DNA of 64,000 bases from Cenococcum geophilum (lineage: Eukaryota): assembly GCA_050273025.1 (NCBI GenBank), contig CP158635.1, positions 19,964,001-20,028,000 of the forward strand, read 5' to 3'. Both the position numbers and the translations under genes were made by a program. The notes beneath the pieces were generated by a model. It ran no database searches. It saw only the letters and a program-made list of their open reading frames with translations, and was not told the origin of the DNA. Positions 23,471 through 35,350 of this stretch are shown in pieces. Numbering within the stretch: position 1 is the first letter of the stretch; each line of letters opens with the position of its first letter.

Positions 23471-24473
23471 TAGGTCTGCCATAGCGTAATGGAGATGTTG
23501 CTCTACGCTGTTAAAGTCCTGCTCTTTAAAGAGTAAAAGTAATAATCGCCGCCTGTACTATATACACTCTGCATCGCGCGATGGCGCGGGTGGGATTTTT
23601 CTCTCATGTCCTCTAGTCTGTTGACCTAATTATGGTCCAGCCTGGGTTGTCTCTTAATATCAGGCTTTAGCGATCGGGGCCAAGAAGCTCCATAGATCGC
23701 TCTCTGGCATTAGTGCACTTTCTATTTATCTTTTACTGTCTCCAGGCCTCTGTCTGTTGCTTCAGACCCTGTTATTCTTTTAAAACTTCATCTCGTGGCG
23801 ATTCGGTTTTCGTAGTCTTTTTCTGTATGTTTTTCAAGTTACTCAGCTGTCACACATGTCGTCCCAGCTAAATAGTAATCTCTTGTCACTCTGCTCGTTG
23901 ACCATGAACATTCCGAACCTCGTTAGCTCACTCGTCACTTGTCTGTTGGTCAGGGATCCGAGTTTCAACAACCTCTATAAATCCTTCAAATCACCTCTAA
24001 TTTCATGGCTCTCACGCTAAACCGTCAATCGTTAGATTCTCTACTGCCCAGTGGTGTTACTTTATTTATTAATTTCGGCTGTCCCTATAAATGTAGCGTT
24101 TATGGGAATGAGTTGGAGAAGACGTCACCATTCTATTTCAGAAAGCGTTGGGCGGAACCGAGACGATATTTTACCACCTAAATATCTTTACGAATTGGAA
24201 CGCGACTGCGCATAGCTCACGGTTATGCTTTGGGCCTCTTTTGAAAAATTTCAGAAGCTTATCGGAATGGCTTGTGGTGTGGCAACCATTGGACGACTTA
24301 CCCTTTCCACTCTTATTTTCCAAGAGCCGACCTGATGCATAACCCTGAGCTGTGTGTAGCTGAATTCCAGCACTCGTCATTCAGTATCACGACCAGGAGT
24401 CAGCCTTCGAAGGATAAGCGTCAATGGTAAGACCATAAGACCTCAAGAGGCATAGATTTCAGATAGTTAACTA

Positions 24474-27042
24474 TCATTTCACCAACCTATCCCCCTCGCC
24501 TTCGTCATCGCTTTCCTCACTCTCAGTCTCCTCTTCCTCCTCCGTACTTTCCTCCTCCTCTTCGGTCTCCTCTTCGGTTTCCTCGCTCTCTTCTTTATCC
24601 TCTGCCAGCCAATCATCCAACGACCTTTCCTTGATGCCATTCGTATTTTTCGGGGCAAGGCCCGTATCTACAACCCTGCCAACACCAATTGCGCTGTCCA
24701 ACTTCTCACTTGCCGTCTCCCTCCGACCTGGCTCGTACTCCTTGCCAGGGCCTCCAGCCTCGTCTCTCAACCGTGAATCAGGCTCCTTCCCTTCTTCCAC
24801 CCACGGCGGTAGATCCTCGTATCCTCTGAGTCCGCCCACACCACCTTCATCCCCGACGACCAGACTCGCGCTTCCGAGCGTATAGCCCTTGCGAGTTTCG
24901 CTGGGGCTTGGCGTCTGCGGAACAGGTTTCGGTGCGAGGAGAAGGAGAGAGGCCAGCTGGGTGGATGAAGGGGTGGCGAGCAGCGCACGGTAGACGCGGG
25001 CGCGATCTCTAAGATCGTAGGAGGTGTCATAGCGGGTGAGAAGCAAGACATAGTGATAGAGTGCTTGTATCGGATGCGGTTTCTCCGCTTCCTTATGCCC
25101 TTGGTGCGGGACTTCCTTCGCCAGCTCCGTGTCCCTGAATCCACCCTCCTCCTCAAACCCAGATAGCAGCGATGCCGCGTCCTGAGGCTGCGATGTCTGA
25201 GGCACGGGGTCTGGAGGCGGATTCGCGTTCAAGTAATGCACATACACTTTCGCGGCCAGCAGCACAATCTGCAGTTTGGCCGCCTCCGCCTCGTCACTAA
25301 ACCCCTTGACCAGAATGCGCAGCACGTCGGCAGCGATGTTGTTCTCCGGGTCCAGTCCCGCGAACTCGCCGACCAGCCATATGATGCTGGCGCGGGCCTG
25401 CGCGCTGGTCGCCGCGTCCAGATGTTTCGCCAGCCGCACGACGGTGGTGCGGTGCGCGCCGGGATCCCGCTGGATCAGGTGCCGGATGACCTCGAGGCTC
25501 TCGGCGACGAGATGCGCGTCCGCGCTGCCGATGTGCGCGAGCAGCAGGCGCAGGCAGCGCGCCGAGGTGCGCGGGCTCGTCGCGCTGCTCTGCGCGCAGC
25601 GGCCGATGGCCCGCACGGCTTCGCGCACCAGGCCCGGGTCCTGCGACCCGCTGCGCGAGAAGTGCGACAGCTCGGCTAGGATCAGGCTCTGCAGCCGCGC
25701 CGGCGCGTGCGGGAAGATCAGGGTGAGTAGCTCCAGCTTCAGGCGCCAGATGTGCGGTGCGTCGGTGCTGCGCACCAGGAAGTGCGTGTAGTGCGCGGCG
25801 AAGGGCTCGGGCCGCGCCAGACACACCTGCACGATGTTGTAGAGCGCAATGTGCTGGATGTCGGTTCCGGAGCGTAGCAAGGAGATTAATGGCCCGATAG
25901 CGCTGTCGAGGTAGGTCGAGTTCCCGAGGTAGAGGTAGCAGCGGACGACGGCGATGACGACGGCGGAGTTGCGCGATTGCAGGAGGGGCGTGCATGATTT
26001 GAGGAGGAGGTCGAGATCTGGGTCTAGGAGGACGATTTCCTCGGTAGTGTGGGAGGGGTTGTCGTCATCTGAAGAGCCGTCCGAGTCGTAGAATCCTTTG
26101 GTAGTTTTTGTAGTGGCAGTATCATTAGTATTCGAACTACTTTTCTTAACACGCCTTGTCCGCCGTGGGAAGCATTTCCGTGCATATATCATCATGAGTC
26201 GCAATGTGGCCAGCTGACCCCATTCGTCCATGTCTACTAGCTTGCGGATGAGACTGCGATAGTGGGGGTGTATTAGATCCATCCGTTCTGGGCAGACTTC
26301 CAGAAAGGCGGCGACGGCCGCGCCGGCCACGAAGTACTGCTTGTCTCCCAGCAGTGTTGAGAGGTACTCCAGAAGCTGCGGCAGCGTTGTAGGGTCCAGG
26401 GAGTAGCATTTCGGTATAGCCAACGCCGCTGCTCGCCGTACATACGGACTCATATCGCCTGCTCCACGCTTGATACCTAGGGACACGATCTGGCTAATGA
26501 CGGGGACACGGATGCCCGACATTACACGAAGCGCTAGCGCCCGCAGCTGGGGGTTCGAGTCTGTGAGAGACTTCTGGATCGTGTTGATGGACAGCAGCGC
26601 CGTATCCGGCTCCGCTTCGGCATGGTGGAGTAGGTATATGTAGACGAGCTTCTTTATTTCAAGGGAAGGCGATGCGATATTTTTGATTACGGAGCTGAAG
26701 TAGGGAAGGGTGGGTTGGTTGCGGTGGGTCATCTACACAATAATATAAGTTAGCATTAGACTTTATGCCGGATAGCGGAGGGGTGGTCATACAGTGATGA
26801 CTTTCCGCAGACCTTCAAGCACGTCGCGGTCGGAACGGCTGTCGAGCAGCTTCTTGAGTTGGGCGGCAGGGAGCACGCGAGTCGACGTCTTGCGGATGTA
26901 ACTGGCATCGCGTGCAGCTTCGAGGGTGAGGTCTCGAGCTGCGGGAGTAAATTGGGCGTAAGTTGCTGGATGCATGACGAGGGGTGATGGTGTAGAGTGT
27001 ACCTGTTTCCAGCATGCTAGAGATGCGGGATATAGACTCCAT
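24474..27042 (-). CDS. APL6: AP-3 adaptor complex beta subunit, 2 introns near the 5' end
   Basis: MESISRISSMLET ARDLTLEAA; FSSVIKNIASPSLEIKKLVYIYL; DTALLSINTIQKSL.D.NP..RALALRVMSGIRVPVI; RYDTSYDLRDRAR; acidic C-terminus. Confidence 0.95.
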
Positions 27043-27375
27043 TTCTCCGCCTTTCCTCTCGGAGGAGTTGAGACGTATGAGCGTTGTTGGTTGCAGTTTT
27101 TTCGGGAGAACGGGTGGGGGTGACGTTGAGGTCGTTGCGTGGGATGGCTCAAGCTGTTTCTCCTCGACTCCACAACACAATTCCGCTATGGGTTGAAAAA
27201 CAAAGCGAGGCGGCATCTGTCGATATACGGTGCTCTCTATAGCTTTCTAAATCTACGGAGACACCACCACACTCTACTATTTCAAATATGTCCAGCACAC
27301 GACCAGACTCAACCCCACCACACAGCTCCATACTCTAGAGCAATCCAACAACACAACTTCCTCCTCCCTCCTCCA

Positions 27376-28191
27376 ATGGACCCAGCTACACCGCGCAAGC
27401 CCTCCCTCACTCCCACCGTCCTCCACCCGCTCAGCCTCCCCGGCTTCCTCACCCACCTCGTCTCGCAGCCCTCGCCGCCCCAAACCATCATCATAGTCTG
27501 CACCTCGCGCTCCGCCTTCCTCGCCGACCTCCTCACCTCCCTCACTCCGACACCCCAATCAAACACCGAAGACCAAGACCAAGCAGCCCAGCCCCTCCTC
27601 CCCCCAACCCTCCGCACCCTCCTCGCCTCCCAGCGCATCCGCCTCGCCTTCTGCGCCTCCGTCCCCGCCCTGCACGCCTATCTGGCCGCATACAGCGGGC
27701 CGGCCAGGGAACCAGGCGCTGGAGCCGATATGGCGCGGAAGGAGAGCGAGGACGAGGAGGAGCAGCATCCGGTGCTGGTGCTGCTGAATCCGCTCGCGCT
27801 GCTTGCGCCGACGCCGGCGTTCTCGGCGCAGGGGCTCGGGAGGCTGGTCGCGGCGGGGGTGGAGGCGGCGGGGAGGGCGGGCGCGAGACTGCTGGTTGTG
27901 GAGTGTGTGGGGGCGGGTGCTGGAAGGGGGCGGAGAGGGGTGGTGGGGGAGGGGGAGGATGTTGATATGGAGCTGGGATTGGACGAGGAGGATGCTGGGG
28001 ATGGGGAAGGGGTGGAAGGGCGATCGGATTCGAGGGAGGAGGATCCATGGGAGCAGGATATTCCTATTCTGAATGTGTCGGTGAGGAGATTTGGGTCGGG
28101 CGGTGGGGAAAGGGGATGGGCGGGACGGACGGTTAAGGCGAGGAGGGTGATGGAAAGGTGGTGCCGGTTCTCTTCTTTGGAGGGTTATTGA
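27376..28191 (+). CDS. Hypothetical protein (~271 aa), possibly a degenerate RecA-fold (Shu complex / Rad51-paralog-like) protein
   Basis: ORF from ATG 27376 with alternating beta/alpha pattern TIIIVCTSRSAFL, IRLAFCASVPALHAYL, VLVLLNPLAL, FSAQGLGR, LLVVEC, WEQDIPILN, WAGRTV. The function call is inference. Confidence 0.75.
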   Translation: MDPATPRKPSLTPTVLHPLSLPGFLTHLVSQPSPPQTIIIVCTSRSAFLADLLTSLTPTPQSNTEDQDQAAQPLLPPTLRTLLASQRIRLAFCASVPALHAYLAAYSGPAREPGAGADMARKESEDEEEQHPVLVLLNPLALLAPTPAFSAQGLGRLVAAGVEAAGRAGARLLVVECVGAGAGRGRRGVVGEGEDVDMELGLDEEDAGDGEGVEGRSDSREEDPWEQDIPILNVSVRRFGSGGGERGWAGRTVKARRVMERWCRFSSLEGY

Positions 28192-28953
28192 CCATGAGGT
28201 GGAACGGGTTCTTATGGGGTTTATATAAGAACAATATCACGCTCATACAACCCTCCAGCTGCTCCTCCTGAAGCGTCTCGGATTACCTCGAGTAGTGCTT
28301 TGGCTCTGGAATACGGTGGCGGTATCCTTCTCAATGCTCTTCTTGATCGTTTTCGCGTTTGCGTCGGTCACCACTACAATTCCCTAAGAGATCTCTTATG
28401 CTGGATTTGAACCCCTCAAATCTTTTGATTACACTGCTCAACTCTGCCTGGATATTGTACTTTGCTAGTGAAGCGAGGTACTGAAGTAGCGTTAAATCAC
28501 TTGCCATAGGTTCTCTATCTCCCAGATATTAATTAGATCGGATTGGGCTAAACATACTAAAGCACTCCAAAGCCTTGGTCCAATCTCAAAAGATTTGGTC
28601 AAGGGTCGTACCATGCTTTATGCGACTAAACACCTGTGCTTAAGAATTAAAGAGAAGTAAGGCAGTCAAGCTCGCTTGAAAAGGATTTGAACTGCAGTTG
28701 GATTGCTCTCTAGCTCCACCTTAGGCTTTTGCACCTACTCAGTCCCATAGGATCTCATGATATCATCTACATCCTCAACCACGAGCAACCCTTGCCCTAA
28801 ATTTTTCTTCTAGTACAACCAACTAGCTACCTAAACTAAACAACGCTTCTAGCCAGCCCACCCACAGTTCATATTCGGTATCATTTTCCAACTTAATACA
28901 CCACTTCTACTACAGATGCCACAGCCCAAGAAAAGCCCATAACAGACCGTCTT

Positions 28954-29962
28954 CTACCAGTCCTTCTTGATATCAAAAGACCACTCAAACTTGAGATGCG
29001 TCTGGTTGTCGTCGTCGACGAATTTGGAGGTGGCATTGTAGTGACCGCGGGTTATCATGCCGGAGGGGGCGGTTTCAGGTTCAACTGTAGGAAGGGGACA
29101 TTAGCAGTGTTTTTTTTTCCGAAGCGGAAGAGCAATGAAGTCCATCACACTTACACTTCTTCTCATAGAGTGGTTTCTCCTCGGTATTAGGGCTATAAGA
29201 ACCCTGGATATCATCCAAGTCAGCATTCCATCCATCGTTCAATGAAGTAGGGTCAATTTACAATCATCTCCTGCATCTTGTTCGACACGCCCAGCCGCTT
29301 AACCACCTGCACGTATTTCATGCCCGACAGAATCTGATGTTGCACCTTGAACTGTGCCTTCATGCGGAATACTGCACCCTCCTTGATTGTGAATGGCTTG
29401 CTCTTGAGAGCGTCGACGGCGCCCGGCTGCTTCAGGTCAATAATTATGTCGGGTCGTCCTTCGACTTCGAGACCGAGGGAGAGGATGATGCATTTGCGTG
29501 GGTCGCTGGGGTCGGAGATGTCTTTTCCGGCGCCAAGTCCTAGAGACTCTTTCCACTTGCGGAGGGATTCGTCGTTTTGGTCTGGTGTTGTGGTCAGTTA
29601 GAGGACTAGATCGGTTGGCTCAAGCATTGCGTATAAATAATGGTAGAGAATAATAGAAGCAAATGTTTTAATGTTTGGGTTAGAAGCAGGGATATATGCA
29701 GGGGAATAGTGTACGCTATGGCGTGTGTTCAGAGATACGAGGACAAAAGTCACAGTGAGGGGCAGCTCAACTTGCTCGTGAGACCGAAAAGCGGCTTCCA
29801 GGAATTCAAAAGTACATATGCGGTGCTGATGGTCTAGAATGGGTAGCAAGAACTCCGAGATCACTCACCTAACTTTTGATACTCATCAATGGTCTTCTTC
29901 TCACCAACCTTAAACCCCTCAGTGTGCTCTGGCTGAAGCTCGTCGTCGTGATCGTGCGTCAT
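28954..29962 (-). CDS. RDI1: Rho GDP-dissociation inhibitor, multi-exon
   Basis: TEGFKVGEKKTIDEYQKLD, DESLRKWKESLG, DPRKCIILSLGLEVEGRPD, PFTIKEG, PSGMITRGHYNA, FEWSFDIKKDW*. Confidence 0.95.
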
Positions 29963-31362
29963 GTCTGCAGCTTTTTGAGGGATTCGGTAACAAAAGCGAG
30001 GAGATGGGCTTCGATGCGGTTAGAGTTGTAGGTTGACTAAAGTATCAGGCGGCTGAAGAGGGGTGGGTATGCGAAGAAGATGTGTCAAAATGCGTGAAGC
30101 AGCCTTTTGTTGCCTCATCTGTGACATGTGGGGCAGCAGCAGGGCCGTGCAACGAACGTCCACACCGCCTCTCGAAATAGCTCTGCGACTGGTGAAGCAC
30201 GAAGTGGCAGGTTATGTAAGCCTGCGCTGAGATATCGAGGCCCATGGCCCATGATTGGATTTGCGTTGAAACGGGTGGTGCGCCAGCTGAGGCACGTCTG
30301 AGGTGTCATTGCTGTGCCCCGCTACGCCTTCGCTGTGCCTTTTCACGATGGATGGTGTGAAGCTTTTGACATGATAACGGATTTCGGCTGAGCCTCGATA
30401 GCCTCGAGGCGACTGTTTGAACGGATACTTCAATGTGAAGGCGATGACTCCCGAAGACGTATGCAGGTGAATCTGGAGAAATCATTTTGGAACTACTTCA
30501 CCTAACCAGGAACACGTGTCGGGATATCCTATCCACAAAAATATTCTTGCTGTCGTGAGAGCTTCTTCACGACCTTTCAATAATGAATTCACTTCTCTAA
30601 ATGTATTCAAGACATCCAGCAGAGCCATTCACCCACTACTCGAGCTCCAGCAGAGCTGTCAGGACTCGAGGAAACTAGTGGGGATCCCCGGCATGCCGAA
30701 GAGGTGGATCTGACAGTGCAGGTCATTCTTACCTATTCGATAACTCGTTCAAGCTTCGAAACTAGCATGACCGTTGAATTTATGGAAAGATCTGGTGTGC
30801 CATGATGCACACCCTTCCCATCCCTGGTCCCCCCAGAAAGGAGGCGCAAGCTTGATCAACGACAGGCTTTGACTGGCTTGAACAAGCTTGGTCGCTCTGT
30901 TGCACCGATTGATGAACTCCCTGTCGCATCGTCGCATCTATCACATCCCTGATGGGTAATCCGAGGCCGAAATAAGGAATTTGCGTGATCGAATGATGAT
31001 TGAAGTCCGGGGAAAATCTCGACTCCCAACCTCTTTCTGGCCAGCCACGCCTCCATCTGCCTAGCCCGCAAGGATACAACCCCGAACACCCAAGTCAAAG
31101 CTCTCACCATCTCCCTCGCCTAGCAACCAGAACTGCATCTCCAAACATTCTGCAGAGACGTTAATTGCATCGCGCGCATACTTTATTTGCTGTCGCATTC
31201 ACTCACGAGCCGACTCCATCCACGGTAGCAGCTTGCCAGCAGAGCCGGTGGCTGAGGTTGCGCGCCCAAGTCACCCTCTCGTCACCCCCATCAACGCGCT
31301 GGCGCTGCAGCAGAAAACTTCTGCTTCCCGACCTCGTTTCATCATCTCCATCACTCTCCAAA

Positions 31363-32827
31363 ATGGTTTCCAAGCGATCACTACCAGAGAGGCGAAATCC
31401 TCTAGTTGAGCCTGAGAACTCTCCTTCCCGTACGTACACGTAGTGCATCGCGCATTGCGCATCTCCTGGAACTCCATCGCTAACCATCGCAGACGAGATT
31501 CTTGTCGAGCGGCGGCGGTTAGGCCAAACGAACCTTGCCGTGAAGCCCGGCCAGACAGGCCTCGTAAACGCCTCCAAGATTGAGAACTTGGGTTCCTTCG
31601 ACTATGCCCACCTCCGCGCCCCCTTACCAAAGGACCTGAGCGGATCCGGCATATTTTCGCTGTCGAAGACGTCCTCGTACCCCGAATCATACTTCTTGAT
31701 GGTACGATAATGCGGTGGTTGATTGAGCAAGAACTCGATGGCTGACCTGAAATCTATAGCGCCGAAGCAGCGATGGTTACATAAGCGCGACTGGGATGTT
31801 CAAAGCCGCATTTCCATGGGCATCTGTAGCTGAAGAGGAAGCTGAGCGAAAATATCAAAAGACGTTCCCGTCCGCTGACTCCGAAGAGGTGGCTGGAAGC
31901 GTATGGGTAGCGCCAGAAGACGGTACGTCAAACAGCGTTGGATTATTACGAGGATTACACCAGTCGGCATTCTAACATCAATATTTTCCTAGCACTCAAA
32001 CTTGCGGATGAGTATGGCATGCGCGGATGGATCGTCGCACTACTCGACGCTGAACCGATAGAAAAGGGCAGCAAGGACAGGAACAACATCGAGATCATGA
32101 CACCTCCAAGGTTTATCATACCGGAAAAGGGCTCGCTACTCCCGCCTTCGGCATCAGTCCGCGCTACGCGGAGCAGGACTTCTCGCTCTGTGTCCCCAAG
32201 CAAGGTTGCAACCCCCGGCAGGAAAATCGCGAGCCCTCGAAAGTCACGTACCACAAGGAACTCAGTGAAGACGGAACCCTCTACCGCTCTAGGCACTATC
32301 GCCGCGACTAGCCCCTTGCAGAATGTCATGGAGAATGGGACACAGGGTTCTGAATCAGCTGTCTCCGAGTCTGTAGATGGCGAGACGGTCAGAATTGAGG
32401 TCGATGAGGCAGTCGAAAAGAATGGGGACGTCGAAACAACTACGACAACCGTAAAGGTCGACATACCTGCTGAACACCCGGAGCTCCCATTACTAGAGAG
32501 TACAGAGGACTTAATCGCCAAGGCAAAGGAGATGGTTGAGGAAGCGAACAAGTTAGAAGGGCCAAAAGTAAATGGCGTCAAGTCATCGAAGCGCAAAGCG
32601 GAGGAGCTAGAAGTTGACGAAGAAGAAACTGTGGCAGAGGCACAACCTGTCAAGAAAGTCAAGGTCCTAGAAGAAGAAATCAAAAAGGAGAAAGTAACAA
32701 GAAAAGCCCTGATTGGGCTAACTGCAATGGTTGCAATTGGGTTCGTACACCACCTGCAAAACCTCAGTTCTGTGATTGACAACTAACCTGGAAAAATAAT
32801 AGGGCAACAATTCCATACTTCTTCTAA
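31363..32827 (+). CDS. BQT4: APSES/KilA-N domain protein with C-terminal transmembrane tail (Bqt4-like inner nuclear membrane protein), 4 introns
   Basis: [72 protein letters not shown]-terminal [19 protein letters not shown]. Confidence 0.85.
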
Positions 32828-33772
32828 ATTCCCAACGGCCATATTTCCGAACTCTATTTATTGCTTGCTTTTGTCTAGTCTTCATTGCACGGCTGCTTGT
32901 GCCTCAGTTACAATCCCTTCCCCTTCCTCCTTCATCCCCTGATACCACAGACTTTACACCTACTTTCCTCTTATCTACTGTTTAAGGGCGCATGGCACAA
33001 CCACCTGTCTTGATCTCCCGGCGTTGCACAGATAGCACCTTTTTTCCGTCCTTTCGTTTACCTCCCAGGCAAGGTAGAGGTTGACAAAGCACCCAAGTCT
33101 CCGCGAAGTCTGAACTTTGCGCATCACAAAAGAGACTGAAACATGCCCTGTTCGTAGATATTGTAATTTCACGTCCTTCATCCCCCTCAATCCTCGTCAC
33201 CTCGCTCGCACCGGGCTTCACACGCCGCACTCCCATTCCTACGCTCCCGGCGCACTTGCACCTCATCACGACGTCATGCCACGTCCTCGCACGATATATA
33301 GGATTCAATAGAGAATTTTGCATGGCGACCCTACTCAACCTTTTTGAGTGTGTTCGGGAGGGCAGTACTGACCCTTGATATATCAGGGACAGGCGGCTAG
33401 ACTGAAACTTAAACGAAGAGATAGACTCTATCAGAGCCCTCTTACCTAAATATAGCATTTGGTGTTTCGCTATCAACATGACCTCGCCATCACCATACCA
33501 GCCCCTCCAAGGTCCTGTCAGGCCGATCTGTTGATTCAGCATTACTGTTGTCATACGCTACTGGGTCAATGACTCAGGACAGTACTAGTCATGGCAGCGG
33601 GAACACTATGCATCAAATGATTCGATTACAAAAACTAGTTCAAGAGAGGTCTAAAGCAACATTCGAGCCCAATTTTACCCGACGAGGACCTCCCAAACGC
33701 CTTACTGATATCGGAAAAGATATCCAACCTCTCGTAAACTCAAATTCGTCATAAAGCAATCAATGCACAAAT

Positions 33773-35350
33773 TCAGAGACTCTGCTCCATCTCGGTAATA
33801 TACAGCTTGATATGTGACTCCATCTTCAGATACTCGTCATGCGCGCTGTGGACCTCATTCTCGATGTTCTCCTTGAGATCGACCATCTGAGCAAATAGTC
33901 AGTAAAATATTTCTTTCATGAATGGCTTTAACTGGAATGAAAAGATGATACGTACCTTCTTCTCCGTCTGCTCGATCCTGACCCTTCTCCTCTCCATCTC
34001 ACGGCCCTTCTCCCCCCTCTCCTCTGCCAGCCGCCTGTGCACGCTCTTCAGCTCCTCCATGCGCATGCGCGCCGCCTCCGCCTTCTCGTCCGCATTGCGC
34101 CGCAGCTTCTCGGTCCGCGCGTTCACGTTCGCCAGCTGCTTCTGCAGTAGCCGCTCCTGACGCTCGACGTCGCGCACGTTGTTGCTGCGCTCAGACAGCG
34201 CGTCGCGATGGCGGGCCGCCTTGGCCAGCTCCTCCTCCTCCTTGCCGAGATCGGCCTGGACGTCCGTGAGCAGGCGCGTGCACGCGTGCACGTCGGTGGC
34301 GGCGACGGCGAACGAGTCCGTCGACGTGTGCAGCGCGCGGGCGCGGCGGTCCAGCGCGTCGATCTGCGTCTTGTCGGCCGTCAGGCTGGCGTTGAGGTCG
34401 CGCAGGGCCTCCTCGAGCGCCGCGGGGCTCTGCTGCGTGTAGGGGCGCAGCTTTGCGGCTTCCTGCTTGACGCCCATGGTCGCGGCCGTCTTCTCCTCCA
34501 GGATGCTCTTCAGCCGCGCCTGCTCCTCGCGCACGCGCTCCAGCTTCTCCGCCACTCGCTCCTGGCCCTTCTTCAGGTCCAGCAGCCGCTGCTTGAGCTC
34601 GTTGTTGCGCTTCTCCTTCTCGCGCATCGCGGCCTCGGTCGCTTTGCGGTTGCGCTCGAGCTCCGATAGCTGTGCTTCTCTCGCTTGGTTGTCGTGGTAG
34701 AGCTGCTCAATGCGCAGTTTGGTCCGCTCGGCTTTGTTGAAGTGCTCGTCGATGACCGAGGTCTGCGACTCGCGGAAGCGGATGAAGTTGATGATGTAGG
34801 AGAAGATCTTGACGAGCCGCTCCCGCGTCGGCTTGTACAGGTCTTGGAAGGTGAAGTCATGGATTCCACACTGGGGTTTGGAGAAATTCCTTCGTAAGCC
34901 GGCGTTCGCGGTCATGGTGGTGGGGTATACAAACCTCAGAGAGAAGCTTCCTCAGCACGACGAAGAACCCCATCAGGTCCCGCGTGTCCGACGTGAATAT
35001 CCTGTCGGCTTCGGGCCCGCACATGTCCTCCGCTGCGGCCTTCATGGCTGGCGCAACCACCTCGCGCGTCGTGTTCATTAACAGCTCGGCAAACCATTCG
35101 AAGACTTTCTGAATTTGTTGCGGGTTGGGTTTCTGCAGGTCTGCGATGGTGAAGTTGATGCCAATGTCGCTGATGCAGCCAGCGATTTCTCTGTCAGGCT
35201 ATGATTGCGTTAGAATAAACGTCTTCATAACTTGAAAATGTGGGTAGGTACTAATGTCATAAAGGCATCGCTCTCGTCTTGTTGCCGGCCGCGCTGGTTG
35301 TTGTTATTGTTTGAGCCGCGCGCCATGCTCATGCGCGGGTTGAAATCCAT
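33773..35350 (-). CDS. NUF2: Kinetochore protein Nuf2 (Ndc80 complex), multi-exon
   Basis: [75 protein letters not shown]; long coiled coil; [13 protein letters not shown]. Confidence 0.95.

Noticed and set aside
28195..28640. GTGSYGVY / ALEYGG peptides suggesting a kinase relic
   Set aside because: No continuous frame and no catalytic-loop motif; could be chance.
29582..29868. Long Rho-GDI intron as a possible snoRNA host
   Set aside because: No box C/D pair or recognisable guide found.
31955..32782. 275-aa antisense ORF, and similar long antisense/alternate-frame ORFs over APL6, NUF2, 5180-5893 and 21416-22115
   Set aside because: Shadows of real genes caused by codon bias or low complexity; no independent motifs.
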